DNA of 64,000 nucleotides from Acidobacteriota bacterium (GTDB lineage: Bacteria; Acidobacteriota; UBA6911; RPQK01; JAJDTT01), in assembly GCA_965217775.1 (NCBI GenBank), contig CBDCJH010000002.1:2368001-2432000 (forward strand), read 5' to 3'. The notes beneath the pieces were generated by a model. It was given only the letters and a program-made list of their open reading frames with translations, was not told the origin of the DNA and searched no databases. Shown one piece after another: positions 10,457 through 21,014 of this stretch; the first letter of the stretch is position 1, and the number at the start of each line of letters is the position of its first letter. Both the position numbers and the translations under genes were made by a program.

Positions 10457-11095
10457 TCAGTAGTACCAGGCCGGCATGACTCTGACGGGCGGCTTGTTGG
10501 AATCAAGGAGCTTGACGACTCGACGCCAGATCCGCTTCGTGCAGACGCCAATGCGGGTGATCAGCTCCCAGGGGAACCGCTGCTCGATGAGAAACTCCGC
10601 CTGCTTTGGTTCCTTACATTCTCGCCAGTTTCTGGCCTGCACCGCACTCCAGTCGATCTCTCTCAAGTCCTCCAAATTACATCGGTCTTGGAAATAGGAC
10701 GAACCTGCATTGGAAAGTGTGAACGCCCAACGCAACTCACGGTCCTCTGCCCATGCAACGGACTGGCGCAGGTCCGCTTCCAGATGAACGATGGGCCCCT
10801 GTCCCTCGCGATAGGCCAATTCGGGATGATTCGCTTGACGGATCACGTAGAGCATGACGGACCGCGGGCAGAATTAGAAGGGAACGCAGTCGCCGATGCA
10901 CAGGTTTACATAGCTGTTCAGCCGCAGACGCAATCGCCGCTGCTTGATTCCGTGCATTCCGATCACAGTTCCTGGGAGAGAACTCTTCGCCATCTCCGCA
11001 CCACACAAGAGCCCATTCGCTGCAATGATTGAGGGGAGTCGGTCTACATGTACAATGTGGTAGATTTTTGGGTTTTCGGGCACTGGCGAGATCAC
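10457..11095 (-). pseudogene. darT: DarT (DUF4433) DNA ADP-ribosyltransferase toxin with one in-frame stop
   Basis: KIYHIVH...DCVPF*FCPRSVMLY...KQAEFL...WYY in one frame; TAA at 10874-10876 replaces the Tyr of VPFYF. Confidence 0.88.
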
Positions 11096-11257
11096 TGGAA
11101 AAATTGTAACTTATCGCCACCTGATCTTCGCCGTGATCTGCGCGGATTTTTTTAGAAATCTGGAACCAATCCAACATCGTGGCGACGTTCACCGCACACT
11201 GTTAGAATACCTGCGAGTTCGGCAATTTGCTGGCCTGATTCAACCAAGAGCATCCTC

Positions 11258-13786
11258 ATGTGTCACTGGCTCGGTTTGTCGCTGATCTTGACGGTCACGG
11301 CCGCCATGGCCGGGACCCGGGATCTCCCTCCACCAGCTCCTGCCGGCGTGGACTTTTCCGAGCAAGTCGAGCCGATTCTCCGAGACCGTTGCTACGCCTG
11401 TCACGGCACCAACGTTCAGATGAACGGATTGCGCCTCGACGAGCGTAGCCACGCTCTGAAAGGTGGCGACTCAGGCCTCCCCGCGGTGATCCCCGGCGAC
11501 AGCGCCCGGAGTCTTCTGATCCGGACCGTGGCCGGTCTGGACCCCGACCTGATCATGCCCAAGACCGGCGATCGGCTCTCCCACGAGGAGATCGGCCTGC
11601 TCCGGGCCTGGATCGACTCCGGTGCCGACTACAGCGAATCGGCCGATTCCAGTCCGGCGGCGGACGGAAAGGATCACTGGTCATTTCAAGGGCTGAACTC
11701 GCCTCCGGTCCCGGAGGTAAAGAACGCCGATTGGGTCCGAAATCCCATCGACGCCTTCGTCCTGGCCAAGCTGGAGGAGCGAGGATGGAAGCCGTCTCCC
11801 CCTGCGGGAAACGAGGCCCTGTTGCGGCGCATCTACCTGGATCTCATCGGCCTGCCTCCCACTCCTCAGGAACAGCAGGAGTTCCTGGAGCGGAGTTCAC
11901 CGGAGAAGTTCGACCGTCTCATCGTCGAACTTCTCGATCGGCCCGGATACGGAGAGCGATGGGGCCGCCACTGGCTGGACGTGGTCCGCTACGCCGAGTC
12001 CAACGGTTACGAAAGGGACGCCATCAAGCCGGAAGTCTGGAAGTATCGGGACTATGTCATCCGATCCCTGAACCAGGACAAGCCCTACGACCGTTTTATT
12101 CTGGAGCAGTTGGCGGGGGACGAGCTGGAGGACGCCACCGCAGAGACTCATATCGCGCTGGGCTTCAACCGCTTGGGTCCCTGGGACGACGAGCCGGCCG
12201 ACTTCGACCAGGACCGCTTCGATCAATTGGATGACGTGGTCCGAACCACCTCCGAGGCCTTCCTGGGCCTCACCATGGGCTGCGCCCGCTGCCACGACCA
12301 CAAGTTCGATCCCCTCACCCAAAAGGACTATTACGGCATGGTCGCCCTCTTCAACGGCCTGCGCCGTTCCCAGAACGGCCGCCGGGAGGTCAGCCTGCCG
12401 GTGGGAGCTCGTGCCCAACTGGCGCGGCAGTCTCAAAGGGACGATCGAATCAAGGAGTTGGAAGGCCAGATCGACAAGCTGCGGGAGGACTTCCGGATCG
12501 AGCGGCTCCGCTCTGGCCGGAGCGGACTTCCGGAGAACGCGGTCGCGGCCCTGCTGGAAGACGCCAAGAAGAGAACGGAAGAGCAGAAGCGCCTGGCCAG
12601 GGAGTACTCCTCGGAAATGATCAGAGAGACGGCGGCAGCCCTCTCGCCTGAACTGGTGGGCCGGATCGCCGCGTTGGAAGCCGAGATCGCCGTGGTTCGG
12701 CGATCCACGTCCGAGCTGGACCGCGGCTACTATCTCTACGAGTCGAAACCTCCGGAAGTGGTCCACGTGCTGATGAGAGGCCGCGCCGCCAGTCCCGGTG
12801 AGGTGGCCGTTCCATGCCTGCCGACGGCCTTGGTCCCTTCCCAGCCCGAGTTTTCCTCCAAGGGCAACAGCAGCGGACGGAGGCTGGCCCTGGCCCGCTG
12901 GATCGCCAGTCCCGAAAACCCCCTCACCGCCCGGGTCCTGGCCAACCGGGTCTGGCAGCAGCATCTGGGCCACGGACTGGTCCGCACCGGCGGCGACTTC
13001 GGAATCATGGGAGACCGGCCCAGCCATCCCGAACTCCTGGACTGGCTGGCCAGCCGGTTTATCCAGGAGGGTTGGTCCCTCAAGAAGCTCCACACCCTGA
13101 TCATGACCAGCAACACCTACCGCATGGACAAGACTCCGATGGCCGAGTATCTGGAGGCGGACCCGGAGAACCGTTTCCTCTGGCGGGCGCACTACCGGCG
13201 CCTGGAGGCGGAGGCCATTCGGGATTCGATGCTGGCGGCCAGCGGACAGCTCAATCGGAAGATGTACGGACCCAGCATGGTGCCTCCCATTCCGGAAGCC
13301 GCTCTGGAAGGGCACCCGGACCCGGACAAGATCTGGCACACTTCCAACGAGCGGGAGGCGAGCCGAAGAACCGTCTATGCCTTCGTCAAGCGGTCTATGC
13401 TCATCCCCATGCTGGAGGTCCTGGACTTCTGCGATACGACCCGAAGCTCCGCCCAGCGGCCGGTGACCAGCATCGCTCCCCAGGCATTGACCCTCTTCAA
13501 CGGAGACTTCGCCAACGCGCAGGCTCTACACCTGGCTCGCCGAGTCCTGGAGGATGCCGGTCCGAACCCGGTCGAGCAGGTGGACCTGGTCTACCGCTTG
13601 GCACTGTCCCGCAGACCGACCCCCGATGAACACCGGGAGATGGTGGACTTCCTGAACCAGGAGACGGAGGCTCGCCTCTGGGAGACGAGCGCCCGCAACC
13701 GGGACCGGCTCGTGGCCCGTGAGGAGAGTCTGGTGCAGCTCTGCCGGGTGGTCTTCAACCTGAATGAATTCGTCTACCCCAACTGA
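11258..13786 (+). CDS. Planctomycete cytochrome c / DUF1549 / DUF1553 protein
   Basis: CYACH, YGERWGRHWLD, CARCHDHKFD, NPLTARV, PQALTL. Confidence 0.9.
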   Translation: MCHWLGLSLILTVTAAMAGTRDLPPPAPAGVDFSEQVEPILRDRCYACHGTNVQMNGLRLDERSHALKGGDSGLPAVIPGDSARSLLIRTVAGLDPDLIMPKTGDRLSHEEIGLLRAWIDSGADYSESADSSPAADGKDHWSFQGLNSPPVPEVKNADWVRNPIDAFVLAKLEERGWKPSPPAGNEALLRRIYLDLIGLPPTPQEQQEFLERSSPEKFDRLIVELLDRPGYGERWGRHWLDVVRYAESNGYERDAIKPEVWKYRDYVIRSLNQDKPYDRFILEQLAGDELEDATAETHIALGFNRLGPWDDEPADFDQDRFDQLDDVVRTTSEAFLGLTMGCARCHDHKFDPLTQKDYYGMVALFNGLRRSQNGRREVSLPVGARAQLARQSQRDDRIKELEGQIDKLREDFRIERLRSGRSGLPENAVAALLEDAKKRTEEQKRLAREYSSEMIRETAAALSPELVGRIAALEAEIAVVRRSTSELDRGYYLYESKPPEVVHVLMRGRAASPGEVAVPCLPTALVPSQPEFSSKGNSSGRRLALARWIASPENPLTARVLANRVWQQHLGHGLVRTGGDFGIMGDRPSHPELLDWLASRFIQEGWSLKKLHTLIMTSNTYRMDKTPMAEYLEADPENRFLWRAHYRRLEAEAIRDSMLAASGQLNRKMYGPSMVPPIPEAALEGHPDPDKIWHTSNEREASRRTVYAFVKRSMLIPMLEVLDFCDTTRSSAQRPVTSIAPQALTLFNGDFANAQALHLARRVLEDAGPNPVEQVDLVYRLALSRRPTPDEHREMVDFLNQETEARLWETSARNRDRLVAREESLVQLCRVVFNLNEFVYPN

Positions 13787-13824
13787 GGAGGCGTCGAGAT
13801 AACGGCTCAGCCGGGAGAATAACG

Positions 13825-15297
13825 ATGCAGGCGAAACGTTTCACACGCAACAACCCGCCCTGTGGCCGGACTCGAAGAGAGTTCCTGTGGGAGACGGGGG
13901 GAGGATTCGCCGGCCTGGCCCTCATCGACCTCCTCTCGGCGGACGGTTTCTTCGGCCGGCTGGAAGGAGCTACCGCCGACGGCAACCCCCCGGTACTCCT
14001 GGCTCCCAAACTCCCTCATTTCGCGACGCGCGCCAAGCACGTCATCTTCCTCTTCATGAACGGCGGGCCCAGCCATGTGGACCTGTTCGACCCCAAGCCG
14101 GCGCTGACCAAGTACAACGGCAGCCCCTACCAGGGCAAGGTGAAGGTGGGATCCAACAACCGTCCCATCGGCTACCTCATGCAATCCCCCTTCGAGTTCA
14201 AAAAGCACGGCCGGAGCGGCCTGGAGATCAGCAGCGTCTACCCTCACCTCTCCCGCTTCGCCGACGACCTCTGCGTGATTCGCTCCTTGTACACCGACAC
14301 CGCGGCCCACGCCTCTGGGAACATCCAGATGAACACGGGCAACGTCATCATCGGGAGACCCTCCCTGGGCTCTTGGCTCAGCTACGGTCTGGGTACTCTG
14401 GGCAACGACCTGCCCAGCTTCGTGGTCATGACCGATCCCCGCGGCGGACCCATCGGAGGGTCCTCCAACTGGACCGCCGGTTTCATGCCGGCCGCGTATC
14501 AGGGAACCCTATTCAGGAGCAAGGGTAGTCCGCTCTTGAATCTGGCGACGCCGGAGGACGTCAGTGAGCGGACCCAGCGCCACTCCCTGAATCTTCTACA
14601 GCGGCTGAACCGAAAGCATCTGAAAAACCGTGAGCAGGAGTCGGAACTGGCCGCCCGGATCCACTCCTACGAGTTGGCCTACCGGATGCAGACCACGGCC
14701 TCCGAGGTGGTGGACCTGGAGCAGGAGAACGAGCAGACCCGGGAGATGTACGGGCTCAACAATCGGCTTACCGCCGACTTCGGCCGCAAGTGCCTGATCG
14801 CGCGGCGGCTCATCGAGAAGGGCGTCCGTTTCGTTCAACTCTATTCGGGCGGAGGGCACGGCCCCGAAACCTGGGACGGCCATGTGGACTGCATCAAGAA
14901 CCACTCGCTCCACGGCTACGAGACTGACCAGCCCATGGCGGGTCTGATCGAAGACCTGAAGCGGACTGGCCTCTGGGAAGAGACGCTCCTGGTGTGGGGT
15001 GGCGAGTTCGGGCGGACCCCCACCAGCGAGGGCGTCGGCAAGCCGGGCCGCGACCACAACTGGCTCGGCTTCTCCATGTGGCTGGCCGGAGCCGGCGTCA
15101 AGGGCGGGCAGGCCATCGGAGCCACCGACGAACTGGGCTTCGAGGCGGTGGAATCCCCCTACCACGTCTCCGACCTGCACGCGACGGTGCTGCACCTGAT
15201 GGGACTGGACCACACCAAGCTGACCTACTTCTATCACGGCCTCGAAGAGCGCCTCACCGGCCAGCGGGGTCAGGTGATCGAGGGATCTCTGGCCTGA
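13825..15297 (+). CDS. DUF1501 protein (Tat-exported)
   Basis: TRREFL, IFLFMNGGPSHVDLFDPKP, GEFGRTP, GRDH. Confidence 0.9.
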   Translation: MQAKRFTRNNPPCGRTRREFLWETGGGFAGLALIDLLSADGFFGRLEGATADGNPPVLLAPKLPHFATRAKHVIFLFMNGGPSHVDLFDPKPALTKYNGSPYQGKVKVGSNNRPIGYLMQSPFEFKKHGRSGLEISSVYPHLSRFADDLCVIRSLYTDTAAHASGNIQMNTGNVIIGRPSLGSWLSYGLGTLGNDLPSFVVMTDPRGGPIGGSSNWTAGFMPAAYQGTLFRSKGSPLLNLATPEDVSERTQRHSLNLLQRLNRKHLKNREQESELAARIHSYELAYRMQTTASEVVDLEQENEQTREMYGLNNRLTADFGRKCLIARRLIEKGVRFVQLYSGGGHGPETWDGHVDCIKNHSLHGYETDQPMAGLIEDLKRTGLWEETLLVWGGEFGRTPTSEGVGKPGRDHNWLGFSMWLAGAGVKGGQAIGATDELGFEAVESPYHVSDLHATVLHLMGLDHTKLTYFYHGLEERLTGQRGQVIEGSLA

Positions 15298-15534
15298 TCC
15301 GGGGCCGGGCCCACCGTCCTGCGCATCCGCTTTTTGCTCCTACAGGGTAGACTTCTCGGTCGCGACCGAGACGAGAGTTGGGCACGGTTCAGGGTTGGGG
15401 GCCGAACAGCCGAATTTGGTTCGGCTGCAGGTTTGCAAGATCCGGGTCTGGCTCGAGCTGATCCATTCTGAGAAGCTCGCCATCCGTGTAGAGTGATCTC
15501 CCAATGTGGAGGTTCCGGATCGCCTCCGGATTCA

Positions 15535-15617
15535 GGGCATGGTCCGTCCACGTGCGTGTCACGACCGTTTGCGACGATTGGGACGTTGGTGTCCGCGACT
15601 ACGTTTCCCGCGTTCAT
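15535..15617 (-). pseudogene. Truncated PIN-like partner of the ATPase
   Basis: ATGA overlap with the ATPase stop; MNAGNVVADTNVPIVANG is PIN-like, then the frame loses protein-like character. Confidence 0.5.
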
Positions 15618-16978
15618 TGGTCATCGCCGAGCTTCCGCTTCAAGCCAGCGGCCCGGATCGCAGATATTTCACCAAGTTCGTCACCGAAGAAGTTCTCAGG
15701 CCAATTTCGAACTTCGCCGAATTCGTTTAGTTCAAGGCTGCGCAATTGCGCAGAACCCTTGGCCATCGACGTAAAGTAGAGCTTTACGTCGTCCGGCGCC
15801 ATTTCTCCCTCCGCGATACGACGCTGGAACCTGCGCAACAGGTGCTCACTGTGACTCTCCACGATGACCTGAACGTTTCGGGTACGCGCAACCGTGAGAA
15901 TGACGTCGGCCAAACCGCTTTGGACCGATGGGTGGAGGTGGATTTCCGGCTGTTCCATCAGAACGGTGGAACCCTCGGGAACGTAGTAGAGAAGGACAAG
16001 GGCCGATAATAACTGAGACACGCCGAAGCCAACGTCCGTTAACATGACCTCGGGGCTGGCATTGTCTTTCTTGACGCGGGCTTGATAAAGACTTGAACCC
16101 GTTGCGATCTCGGTCACGTCGAACTCGTGGATAAGTGCAAGTTCTTGCAACCAGTATGCGATCATCTCCTGGAATGGCTTGCGCCACTTCCGCGGTCCGA
16201 GATTGCGCATCTCTCTCTTAGCCGTGGCGGCCAGAATCGCCTCGACGGTTCGTTCACCGCGCGGTCCGACATCAACCGGTTGGCTCCCTGACCATCGGTA
16301 CTCTCTTTGGGGGTATTCCCGAAGGGGACCAAGATAGAAGATATTGTCCATCAGGTTTTCGTATGCGATCTCAAACTTATTCAGGAAATCGGCGTTCTGA
16401 AAATAATTCCGAACCTGGTGGGAAAGAATATGCGTCTTAACGGGTCCAGGGAGTGCCCAGGGTCTTCCTTGATTTCGGACGAACCGAAAACCACCACAGT
16501 CATTTGCGGTCAAGCGAAATTTGGTCGCTCCCTTCGACTCCGGTTTCAGCACAAACGTAGCTCCACCAAATCTGTATATCAGGGAATGCGCCCGGAGCTG
16601 CCCACGTCTCATGCCAACCTGGCATTTCGTTTCAAGTCGACATCCCTGTACCAGGACATCACCCCGGCGACCACCAGGGTTCTCAATCTTGAGTAGGCCC
16701 GGGGAGGTCCAGTCAAGTGTCCACTCCATCTGTGTTTCGTCGTCGTGAGCGTGAGCTACGTCGCGAAAACTCCCGAGGTTTACTAGTTCGCCCGGGCCCC
16801 CGAAATCCAGAACGAGACCCCGATCCGTCGCGTTCTTCGTCTGCTTGAGCATGAGCAGGAACTGGAACACGCTACTCTTGCCCGAACTGTTGGTTCCGAA
16901 CAGCCCGGTGACTTTACCGAGTGACAGGTCCAGCTCGCGCCATGCCTTGAAGTTGGTGACCTTCAGTGTTTCGAGCAT
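15614..16978 (-). CDS. ABC/SMC-like ATPase (AAA_15/AAA_21) with DUF3696 C-terminus
   Basis: GTNSSGKSS, DVGFGVSQ, MEQPEIHLHP, VESHSEH, NWPENFF. Confidence 0.85.
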   Translation of the reverse strand: MLETLKVTNFKAWRELDLSLGKVTGLFGTNSSGKSSVFQFLLMLKQTKNATDRGLVLDFGGPGELVNLGSFRDVAHAHDDETQMEWTLDWTSPGLLKIENPGGRRGDVLVQGCRLETKCQVGMRRGQLRAHSLIYRFGGATFVLKPESKGATKFRLTANDCGGFRFVRNQGRPWALPGPVKTHILSHQVRNYFQNADFLNKFEIAYENLMDNIFYLGPLREYPQREYRWSGSQPVDVGPRGERTVEAILAATAKREMRNLGPRKWRKPFQEMIAYWLQELALIHEFDVTEIATGSSLYQARVKKDNASPEVMLTDVGFGVSQLLSALVLLYYVPEGSTVLMEQPEIHLHPSVQSGLADVILTVARTRNVQVIVESHSEHLLRRFQRRIAEGEMAPDDVKLYFTSMAKGSAQLRSLELNEFGEVRNWPENFFGDELGEISAIRAAGLKRKLGDDQ

Positions 16979-17338
16979 GTCGGGTCGTGATAGGAGTGCT
17001 CCCGTTTTCCAGCACAGTTAGAGTACTTCGTTGACGGGCACTCCGATTGCCTGAACGATCCAGTCGTCAGATCACGGTAGCGGACACCGGCGGTAGCCGT
17101 CGACCTGGCGCGACAAGTAGCTTTCCACCAACCGGACAGGATTCTCCTTAAGTGATTGAAAACATGAGGATCACGAGATCTGAGGATTGGTATCCTATCG
17201 AAAAACGAGCGGGGGCCGCTCTCCGTGGGCAGACGAGGTATTCTTGCAAGAATTCAACGGATCCGTATCACGAGCCGGGAGTAGCAATGATCAGAATTGC
17301 ACAAACTACCGGCTCAACTCGATCTTTGTCCCCTGCAT

Positions 17339-18162
17339 GTACTCAACGCCTTGCGGCATCACTGACTATTGCACCCGTGCTCAAAGGCGGCCCGGAAGTT
17401 ACCCGTGCCGTGCTCAACGCCTTGCGGCATCACTGACTATTGCACGCAGAGAAACGCCAACATCACCGACATCATCAACGAGTGCTCAACGCCTTGCGGC
17501 ATCACTGACTATTGCACCAGACGCAGGCGCGCTCGGATCCAGTACTTTTCGAGTGCTCAACGCCTTGCGGCATCACTGACTATTGCACCTGCACCTGCGG
17601 ATCGAACAGTTCTCCGATCGGTTGTGCTCAACGCCTTGCGGCATCACTGACTATTGCACGTTGGCCGCCCAGATGGTCCAGAGCAACTCGAGCTAGTGCT
17701 CAACGCCTTGCGGCATCACTGACTATTGCACCCGGAAACCGACGCTGGGAACGACTGGATTGATGAGGTGCTCAACGCCTTGCGGCATCACTGACTATTG
17801 CACACGCGGAGTCGTCGCCTATCTCCGGCTGATTGAAAGGTGCTCAACGCCTTGCGGCATCACTGACTATTGCACTCCTCACTTTCGCCGAGCTGGGTGG
17901 AGGACAGTCGAGGTGCTCAACGCCTTGCGGCATCACTGACTATTGCACTCCTCACTTTCGCCGAGCTGGGTGGAGGACAGTCGAGGTGCTCAACGCCTTG
18001 CGGCATCACTGACTATTGCACTCGAGGACGGACGCGACTGCCTCGGCGACGTCCAGTGCTCAACGCCTTGCGGCATCACTGACTATTGCACACGGCCCAG
18101 CGGTCGGTCGAGGGCGGGATCAACATGTGCTCAACGCCTTGCGGCATCACTGACTATTGCAC
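17339..18162 (-). CRISPR. CRISPR array: 12 repeats of 36 bp, 11 spacers of 34-37 bp (10 unique)
   Basis: Repeat (+) GTGCTCAACGCCTTGCGGCATCACTGACTATTGCAC; the copy at 17339 is variant (GTAC), marking the trailer. On the minus strand it has a GCC-GCAA-GGC hairpin and TTGAGCAC handle, typical of Cmx8 systems. Confidence 0.98.
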
Positions 18163-18414
18163 AGCATGTCTGTAATCGATTGACTCTATTGGACAAATAG
18201 GCTGGCGTGTCATGTATCTCCTTGGATCTCGGGTCGCCCATGCTCGATTCATGCTTCCCCACCATCGAAGTGCTTTTGTTGCACCACTTATGCACTGACA
18301 AGCACTTCAGAGACTACTGAAATTCCAAAAATCGTTGAAATTGCTTGCGATCTCCCGCCGTTATCCTTCGTCCGCCTTGGTCCATTCGGTAGTGCTTGCC
18401 ATCACGCAACCACG
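18163..18414 (-). promoter_or_regulatory. CRISPR leader
   Basis: Lower-GC non-coding gap between cas2 and the perfect end of the array. Confidence 0.65.
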
Positions 18415-18699
18415 TTAAACGATGTCAAAGCGCTGCGGGGAGTCGTCCCACGTTCTGTTTCCAGGCCTCTCTACGATCTTGCAGCGCGGTGAGAGCCGGA
18501 TCACGAGCAGATCGTCTTCCTCCTCCATTGCCATCTCCAATTGGTGCCGAGCTTGTTCCATCTGTACCCGTGTCAAACGACATCGGAACAACGAATACTG
18601 CAACCGTTCTCCATAGCCATTGACAATCCTATGCACGCGACGCCACCGTTTCGGATCACGGATGTCATAGCTGAAGAGATACCAGTGACGTTCACTCAT
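18415..18699 (-). CDS. cas2: Cas2
   Basis: YLFSYDIRDPKRWRRV...GERLQYSLF; ATGA overlap with cas1. Confidence 0.95.
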   Translation of the reverse strand: MSERHWYLFSYDIRDPKRWRRVHRIVNGYGERLQYSLFRCRLTRVQMEQARHQLEMAMEEEDDLLVIRLSPRCKIVERPGNRTWDDSPQRFDIV

Positions 18700-20336
18700 C
18701 CGCGCAGGCGCATCCGGGCGAACAGACCTTCCTCGCCACTCCATTCCTTTTCCAGCAGCCGTGCCTCCAACTCGATGGAGCGAGCGTAGCTCAAGGAGTA
18801 CTTCAACACGGGATGCTTCCAAGTTTCTTGCTTGCGTTTTTCAAAGAGTCGTATGGCCAGCCGTTTACCCTCATCCGAAAGCCAAACCCGTTTCTTGCTT
18901 ACCTGGAGATGTTGGTCAGTCCATTGCCGCCGGTTGATGGACGCCACCAACGGCATATCCCACAGCGTGGTCCGAAACAGCTCCATCAAGTCCAACACGA
19001 GGGGGTGAGCGGCACTCCGGGGCGCATGGAAGAAACCGATCGTGGAATCCAATCCCACGGCGATGATCGCGCCCATGACCTCACGGTACAGCAGGCCATA
19101 GCCGAATGAGAGGGCAGAATTGAACCCATCACGAGGCGGCCGCCGACTGCGCTGGGAGAACACCATCAATTCCTCCTGAGGGGACAACAGCAGGGCGAGA
19201 GCCGAAAAATAGTTGCGCGCCGCAATGCCTTCACAACCACGCAAGGCACCAGCGTTGGCACAATGCTGTACTTGTCGGAGCTGTGCGCGTATGGCGATCA
19301 GGGATTTTCTCGCCTCATCTCTTACGCCACGGACGCGAGAATGTCGGATAATGAACCGCAACTGGTTTTCGATTTTGGCTTTCGCCAGACGGCGCGCCAA
19401 GCGCAGGCACAATTCCTTGTTCTGCAATGCCCGGTACTGTCGGAGACGGCGGTGAGTGCCCGCAGGCGGGGCCACGCCGCCGACGTACCAGCCGCCACCG
19501 CTGATCCAGTGGACGCCAATATCGTTGGCGGCGGAGAAGTGGATAGCCTGCGATGTGATTTGTGCGTTACCGTGCAAGATGACGGCTCCGACATCCATGC
19601 CGGGAAACTTCTTTTCCTCTCCGTCCAGCTTGCGCACGACGAGCTGCAAGCCGGAACGTCTGACCTGCGCCCCATGATCCACGATGTGCAGCACCCGGCG
19701 AGCGTCGTCCTTCGGAAAGAGGCGGCGGGGCTTCGAGATGGGGTCCAATGCTTCGGCCTCGCTGGCCGCAGCAGCCAAGCGTGACTCTTCCGGGAGGCAG
19801 ACCGGAGCGAGCGAACACTTGGCGCACAAATTCTCGTTGCTCGTCACCGGCGGACGCTCCAGGGAAGCCGACAATTCCCGGGCGCGAGCCACCGCGCGTC
19901 GCAATCGCTCCCGGGCCGCGTCATCGATGACGACACGCACCGTCGTATTGCTGGCGTGGTATCGGATGCGTCCCTCGGAAACCGGCCTCCCGAAATGTTC
20001 GGAAAGGAGCTCGGCGTAGGCCGTCACCTGGATTTTGTCCGTTTCCCACGCATCATTCCCTTTCGAGCGTCCTTTCTTGTGTTCGACGGCGATGAACTTT
20101 CCGTCGCGATAGCGAGCGAAGTCCACCTTGCCCCGAATACCCCAGGTGTCACTCGAAAGCTCCAGGCTCCGCCATTCCCGATTCTTATCTACTTCTGAGT
20201 CATGCAGGGTACGCCCGGCGTGCACGCGGTGGTCGGCTACACGAATTTCTTCCACTTCCTCCAGATAGAACAGGCGCTCGCAATACGCGAGTGCATGCAA
20301 CGCCATGACACGAATGGGCATTTTGGTGTCACTCAC
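18696..20336 (-). CDS. cas1: Cas4-Cas1 fusion
   Basis: N-terminal YCERLFY, GKVD...EHKKG and CAKCSLAPVC (Cas4 Fe-S); Cas1 motifs EGIAARNYF, NSALSFGY, LDLMELFR. Confidence 0.95.
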   Translation of the reverse strand: MSDTKMPIRVMALHALAYCERLFYLEEVEEIRVADHRVHAGRTLHDSEVDKNREWRSLELSSDTWGIRGKVDFARYRDGKFIAVEHKKGRSKGNDAWETDKIQVTAYAELLSEHFGRPVSEGRIRYHASNTTVRVVIDDAARERLRRAVARARELSASLERPPVTSNENLCAKCSLAPVCLPEESRLAAAASEAEALDPISKPRRLFPKDDARRVLHIVDHGAQVRRSGLQLVVRKLDGEEKKFPGMDVGAVILHGNAQITSQAIHFSAANDIGVHWISGGGWYVGGVAPPAGTHRRLRQYRALQNKELCLRLARRLAKAKIENQLRFIIRHSRVRGVRDEARKSLIAIRAQLRQVQHCANAGALRGCEGIAARNYFSALALLLSPQEELMVFSQRSRRPPRDGFNSALSFGYGLLYREVMGAIIAVGLDSTIGFFHAPRSAAHPLVLDLMELFRTTLWDMPLVASINRRQWTDQHLQVSKKRVWLSDEGKRLAIRLFEKRKQETWKHPVLKYSLSYARSIELEARLLEKEWSGEEGLFARMRLRG

Positions 20337-21013
20337 TACTTTCTTGTTATTCTCCTCCGATGCTTCCGACCGTTGGCTAGATCCGGAGGCTCAATCCGGG
20401 GAAGTTGTGCTCTATCAGGAGGTGCCAGCGACACTGTTCGCAGATCCCCAGTTACAAACCGGGTCCCTTTGGAACCGACATGGTCCACCCAAACCGGGAG
20501 AGTGATTCGCCCCTGATCGGAGCAAATAAATAATGATCCCGACTCACTACTTCCGTAAAAGAGAGAAACTTCATCGACAAGATGGGTGCTCTCGCCAAAA
20601 GACAGTCCACCAAATCGCTGAACGGCTTCAGGACACTTTAGAGCACATTCTACCCTCTGCTCCAAAAAGGGGCTCTTCGCTCTTTCGTCTGTCGAGTCCA
20701 ACCACAATATGAGCCGAACGTTCGTGAGTAATTCCTGTTGCCCGGGAGTTCGATTATTGCCAACGCCCATCGGAAAACGTTTGATCTTAATTCTCCATAA
20801 TGTTCGAAGCACAGTGCTTCTGGCAGGAGTTCCGACAAGAACAGGAGAAATCCGGCAACCGACATGGCGGGAGCGGTCTAATTCCCCCACTAGCGACAGG
20901 AGAAATCCATAACAGGTTGACGGAGGTGGTAATGCTTCCGTCTCTAGATACTCTCGAGCCAGACCCCTACGAAAACACGCGACTGGAACCGATACAGATA
21001 TGCCAAGCATCAC
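20336..21013 (-). CDS. cas5: Cas5 (DevS/Cmx5)
   Basis: VPVACFR...LPPPSTCYGFLLSLVG, GLSFGES. Confidence 0.92.
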   Translation of the reverse strand: MMLGISVSVPVACFRRGLAREYLETEALPPPSTCYGFLLSLVGELDRSRHVGCRISPVLVGTPARSTVLRTLWRIKIKRFPMGVGNNRTPGQQELLTNVRLILWLDSTDERAKSPFLEQRVECALKCPEAVQRFGGLSFGESTHLVDEVSLFYGSSESGSLFICSDQGRITLPVWVDHVGSKGTRFVTGDLRTVSLAPPDRAQLPRIEPPDLANGRKHRRRITRK

Positions 21014-21014
21014 C

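Noticed and set aside
17377-17384. GTGCTCAA inside spacer 1 matching the repeat start
   Set aside because: Only 8 bp and the spacer length is normal; likely chance
17152-18200. Short ORFs across the CRISPR array
   Set aside because: Translations of repeats and spacers
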